Shown one piece after another: positions 61,306 through 64,000 of a stretch of 64,000 nt of DNA. The notes beneath the pieces are model-generated. The model made no database searches, had not been told where the DNA came from, and saw only the letters and a list, made by a program, of their open reading frames with translations. Source of the stretch: an uncultured Eubacterium sp. (GTDB taxonomy: Bacteria; Bacillota; Clostridia; Lachnospirales; Lachnospiraceae); contig CAJUIH010000002.1 of assembly GCA_910586045.1 (NCBI GenBank), positions 6,711-70,710 on the forward strand. Direction: 5' to 3'. Position 1 is the first letter of the stretch, and each line of letters begins with the position of its first letter. The position numbers and the translations under genes were made by a program.

Positions 61306-61712
61306 TTCTTCTCCGCTGAATTTATATCCCACGCCCCAGACAGTGATGATATATCGTGGATTGTCTGGGTGTGGTTCGATTTTCAGTCTTAGCTTTCTGA
61401 TGAACGAGGAAAGATTGCTTGCGTCTGGTGCATTGTCATATCCCCATACTTTTTCGTAAATTTGTTCTTTGGTAAACACCTGTCCTTTGTGACTGGAAAG
61501 GAAATATAACAGGTCAAATTCTTTAGCGGTAAGGTGTATCTTATTTCCGCTGGTATCAGTAACAGTACGAGTAAAATAATCTACATCTAAACCGCTACAT
61601 TTCTTGCTCAGAGAAACAGGTGTAGTACATAAAGTATCTGACAGCCATTCCACTAACTGATTAAAAAGATGTTCTTCTTTATTCGTAAATTTTGCAATTA
61701 ATATTTTCCCAT
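61297..61712 (-). pseudogene. degenerate OmpR/PhoB-type response regulator (receiver domain missing, 5' frameshift)
   Basis: Intact winged-helix output domain (LTAKEFDLLYFL…VWGVGYKF). An AAAGGTGA RBS plus ATG 61712 followed by GKILIAKF is only reachable through a 1-nt shift in an A-run. Only about 45 residues precede the DNA-binding domain. Confidence 0.6.
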
Positions 61713-61753
61713 AGTATCACCTTTTCTTTTAATTTTCCTTGTAAATAGTTTGA

Positions 61754-64000
61754 TTACATTTCATCTTGCCGTAATAATTCTATTATGCTTTCATTTTTCG
61801 TTTTTCTCAAAATCAATAATGTTGATACAACACAAACCATAATAATGATTAAAAACAAAATTATATTGTTTGCTATCGGAAACGAAAATGGGATTCCATA
61901 TGTATTAAAATTCTCAAATATAAAATAACTTACAGGAACTCCTAATATGATTGCGGCAACAATAGATAGAATCGCATAACATAAACTTTCAGAAGCAACC
62001 ATCTTTTTTATTTGCTGTCTGGTCATACCGATACTTTCTAAAATGGCAAATTCTTTTGAGCGGTTTTGTATGCTTGCAGACATCATATTCAAATAATTGG
62101 AAATCGCAAGCAACATAACAATTATTCCTACACTTCCTCCTAACACAGTAATCTGATTCTCTGAGTTTTTCATTTCTGAATATCTATTCAATTTTGAATC
62201 AACAGATAAGACTTGACTATCTTTTATCAAATTCATTATTAAATCTTCTGTATTTTTAGAAAATGCTTCTTCGTAATCAATTTTAATCATTTCAATCAAT
62301 GGCTGTTGTACTATTTTCTCGAAATAATCATCACTGACAATCAAATCTGGACTATAACCGGCAGCATAATAAACTGGATTATCTATCAAGGCTCCTATCT
62401 CAACAGTTCCTTCTTTACTTGAATTGTCAGCATTTGATATAGAGAAGTTGACTTTTTTCCCGACTATACCGTTATCTTCTTCAATAAATATGCTAGAAGC
62501 AAAGGCTATTTCTCCATTATCAAAAGCTTCTTTATCAAGTGGAGTCTCTAACGTTTGATTTAACCGTTCAAATTCTAAATCATCAATTCCTACAATTCTG
62601 CAACTAAACATATTGTTGTTATAATCCGCCTGTTGCTTATACATATTTATGTCTTTATCATAATCACCAGGAGTATATCTGGATTGATACAACTCTTTAT
62701 AATATTCTCCATACACCTTTTCCTGATATGGCACAGTTGCCGTTGCAGATTCCAGAACTCTAACGTCTTTTACACCATTTACATTCTTTATGCTTTCAAT
62801 TAAGTCATCTGTAATAACCTGTTCTTCATCATCAGAGAGTAAAGTTTGGTTTAATATTCTCAAATCATAGTCATAGGAATGATTTAATATATTGGTTGCA
62901 TTATTGACCTGAATTATAACATTCATAATAAGAAATAATGACAGAGCCAAGCTCAGTGAACACATGATAATTCCAAACTGTTTCTTATCACGGAACAGAT
63001 TTATCCTTACCATTGAGCGTATATCGCCGCCATTTCTAATTTTATTTTTCATATTTGAAGACGAAGCCCCAATGTATCTTAAGGCTTCAATAGGAGAGCA
63101 ATTCATAGCTATTTTTGCAGGTTTCTGACTGCTGATTACTGTTGTCGCAAAAGAAAACACAGCAGCTATGATAAATACCCACACCGATACTGCTTCAACA
63201 TCATTTGGCATAATTGATGGATTAAGGGCGTGTAATAACTGTGGTATTACAATCTTTCCTACTACAGCAGAACAAATCAATCCTAAAGGGATTCCAATTA
63301 CTGTATTCCACAATACCTGCTTATTTATCATTCTTCTAATCTGAATAGAAGTAGTACCGATTGTTTTAAGTTGTCCATAATAACGTATATCTTTATTAAC
63401 AGAAATATACAACGTATTATAAATAAACAGACATCCACTCATAAAAATAAGTAACAGTAATACGCATAGTCCGATAATTGTTTTACAGAAATTTGAAATC
63501 GTATCATAATCCGCTTCAATAATCTGATTCCCTGATATGTTAATCTGGTTCTGCATTTCTGTAATATCACGCTCGGAGTAAAGAGGATTTTTAAGAGAGA
63601 TTTTTAATTCTCCTTGCGTCAAATCTGTTTGTAAAACTCCTGTTGCTCGATAAAAGTCCTCTGAAACATACCCTTTATCTGTTCCTGAATAATCTAGGAA
63701 CCAGCCACTCAATATAAACGTTTTTGTTATATCTCCGTAATTACTATTTTCTGCTAAAGTTTGATACAACAAAGGCAGTTCCATGCCTACATTAGGATTT
63801 TTAATCCCCATAGAATTCAAAGCACTCTTAGAAAGCATAATTTCATTTTCTTTTTGTGGGTATTCGCCTTTATAATAATCCAAAGCGGGAATTGTCTGTT
63901 TTTCCCAGCAAGTATTGTCTAGCCAAAATAATCTTATTTTATCTAATTCTTTATCTTCATATTTAGACAAAACTGCACATTTTACGCTAAGTCCTGCATA
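61754..64000 (-). CDS. BceB-type FtsX-domain ABC permease (5' end beyond the window)
   Basis: The reading frame stays open to the window edge. It shows extracellular domain, FtsX 4-TM, large loop, then FtsX 4-TM, the architecture typical of peptide-antibiotic-sensing/resistance permeases. Confidence 0.85.
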   Translation of the reverse strand, partial: YAGLSVKCAVLSKYEDKELDKIRLFWLDNTCWEKQTIPALDYYKGEYPQKENEIMLSKSALNSMGIKNPNVGMELPLLYQTLAENSNYGDITKTFILSGWFLDYSGTDKGYVSEDFYRATGVLQTDLTQGELKISLKNPLYSERDITEMQNQINISGNQIIEADYDTISNFCKTIIGLCVLLLLIFMSGCLFIYNTLYISVNKDIRYYGQLKTIGTTSIQIRRMINKQVLWNTVIGIPLGLICSAVVGKIVIPQLLHALNPSIMPNDVEAVSVWVFIIAAVFSFATTVISSQKPAKIAMNCSPIEALRYIGASSSNMKNKIRNGGDIRSMVRINLFRDKKQFGIIMCSLSLALSLFLIMNVIIQVNNATNILNHSYDYDLRILNQTLLSDDEEQVITDDLIESIKNVNGVKDVRVLESATATVPYQEKVYGEYYKELYQSRYTPGDYDKDINMYKQQADYNNNMFSCRIVGIDDLEFERLNQTLETPLDKEAFDNGEIAFASSIFIEEDNGIVGKKVNFSISNADNSSKEGTVEIGALIDNPVYYAAGYSPDLIVSDDYFEKIVQQPLIEMIKIDYEEAFSKNTEDLIMNLIKDSQVLSVDSKLNRYSEMKNSENQITVLGGSVGIIVMLLAISNYLNMMSASIQNRSKEFAILESIGMTRQQIKKMVASESLCYAILSIVAAIILGVPVSYFIFENFNTYGIPFSFPIANNIILFLIIIMVCVVSTLLILRKTKNESIIELLRQDEM

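Larger units (their letters stand above)
56966..64000 (-). mobile_element. Tn916-family integrative conjugative element, int-proximal end (partial; continues beyond the window)
   Basis: The module order int, xis, orf8-like, orf7-like and an oppositely oriented orf9-like XRE gene matches Tn916. The boundary is inferred at T7-cattag-A5 (56959-56976), about 170 bp past the int stop. Confidence 0.75.

Overview
This looks like a chromosomal segment of a Firmicutes/Clostridia-type genome. That is an inference from gene content: a tig-clpP-clpX-lon-engB block, MecA, DegV, strong GGAGG ribosome-binding sites and a Tn916-family element. Most of the window is ordinary housekeeping and transport. It holds one tRNA-Leu(CAG), a secreted S8 peptidase plus a BspA-type LRR protein, mutY, a multidomain cell-wall protein, crotonase, and a long minus-strand block (tig, clpP, clpX, lon, engB, a metal ABC importer, mecA). 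It also holds a GH2 beta-galactosidase, a larE-trxB-thiF-like trio, mgtE, degV, a P-type ATPase, a peptide/nickel-type ABC operon, a MATE pump and a sigma/anti-sigma pair. Accessory content is of three kinds. (i) A decayed 1.47-kb IS lies at 22831-24299, with 19-bp terminal inverted repeats and an 8-bp target duplication. (ii) An IS1634-like transposase relic sits next to a 35-aa type-I-toxin-like ORF (7073-7180). (iii) The int/xis end of a Tn916-family ICE has inserted into a membrane-protein gene near 56966 and runs off the window; its cargo includes a BceB-type FtsX permease and a degenerate response regulator. The most unusual content is non-coding. There are five ~225-245-bp long-hairpin elements in two subfamilies. 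They share a CAGAAnnCTTAGAnnTTC box, and their arms and apical stems differ between copies but stay self-complementary. There are also three copies of a 94-nt element, and a 1.37-kb ORF-free island (35348-36720) packed with nested inverted repeats. I found no rRNA, no CRISPR array and no recognisable riboswitch. All family calls come from motif recognition by eye; no searches were run.
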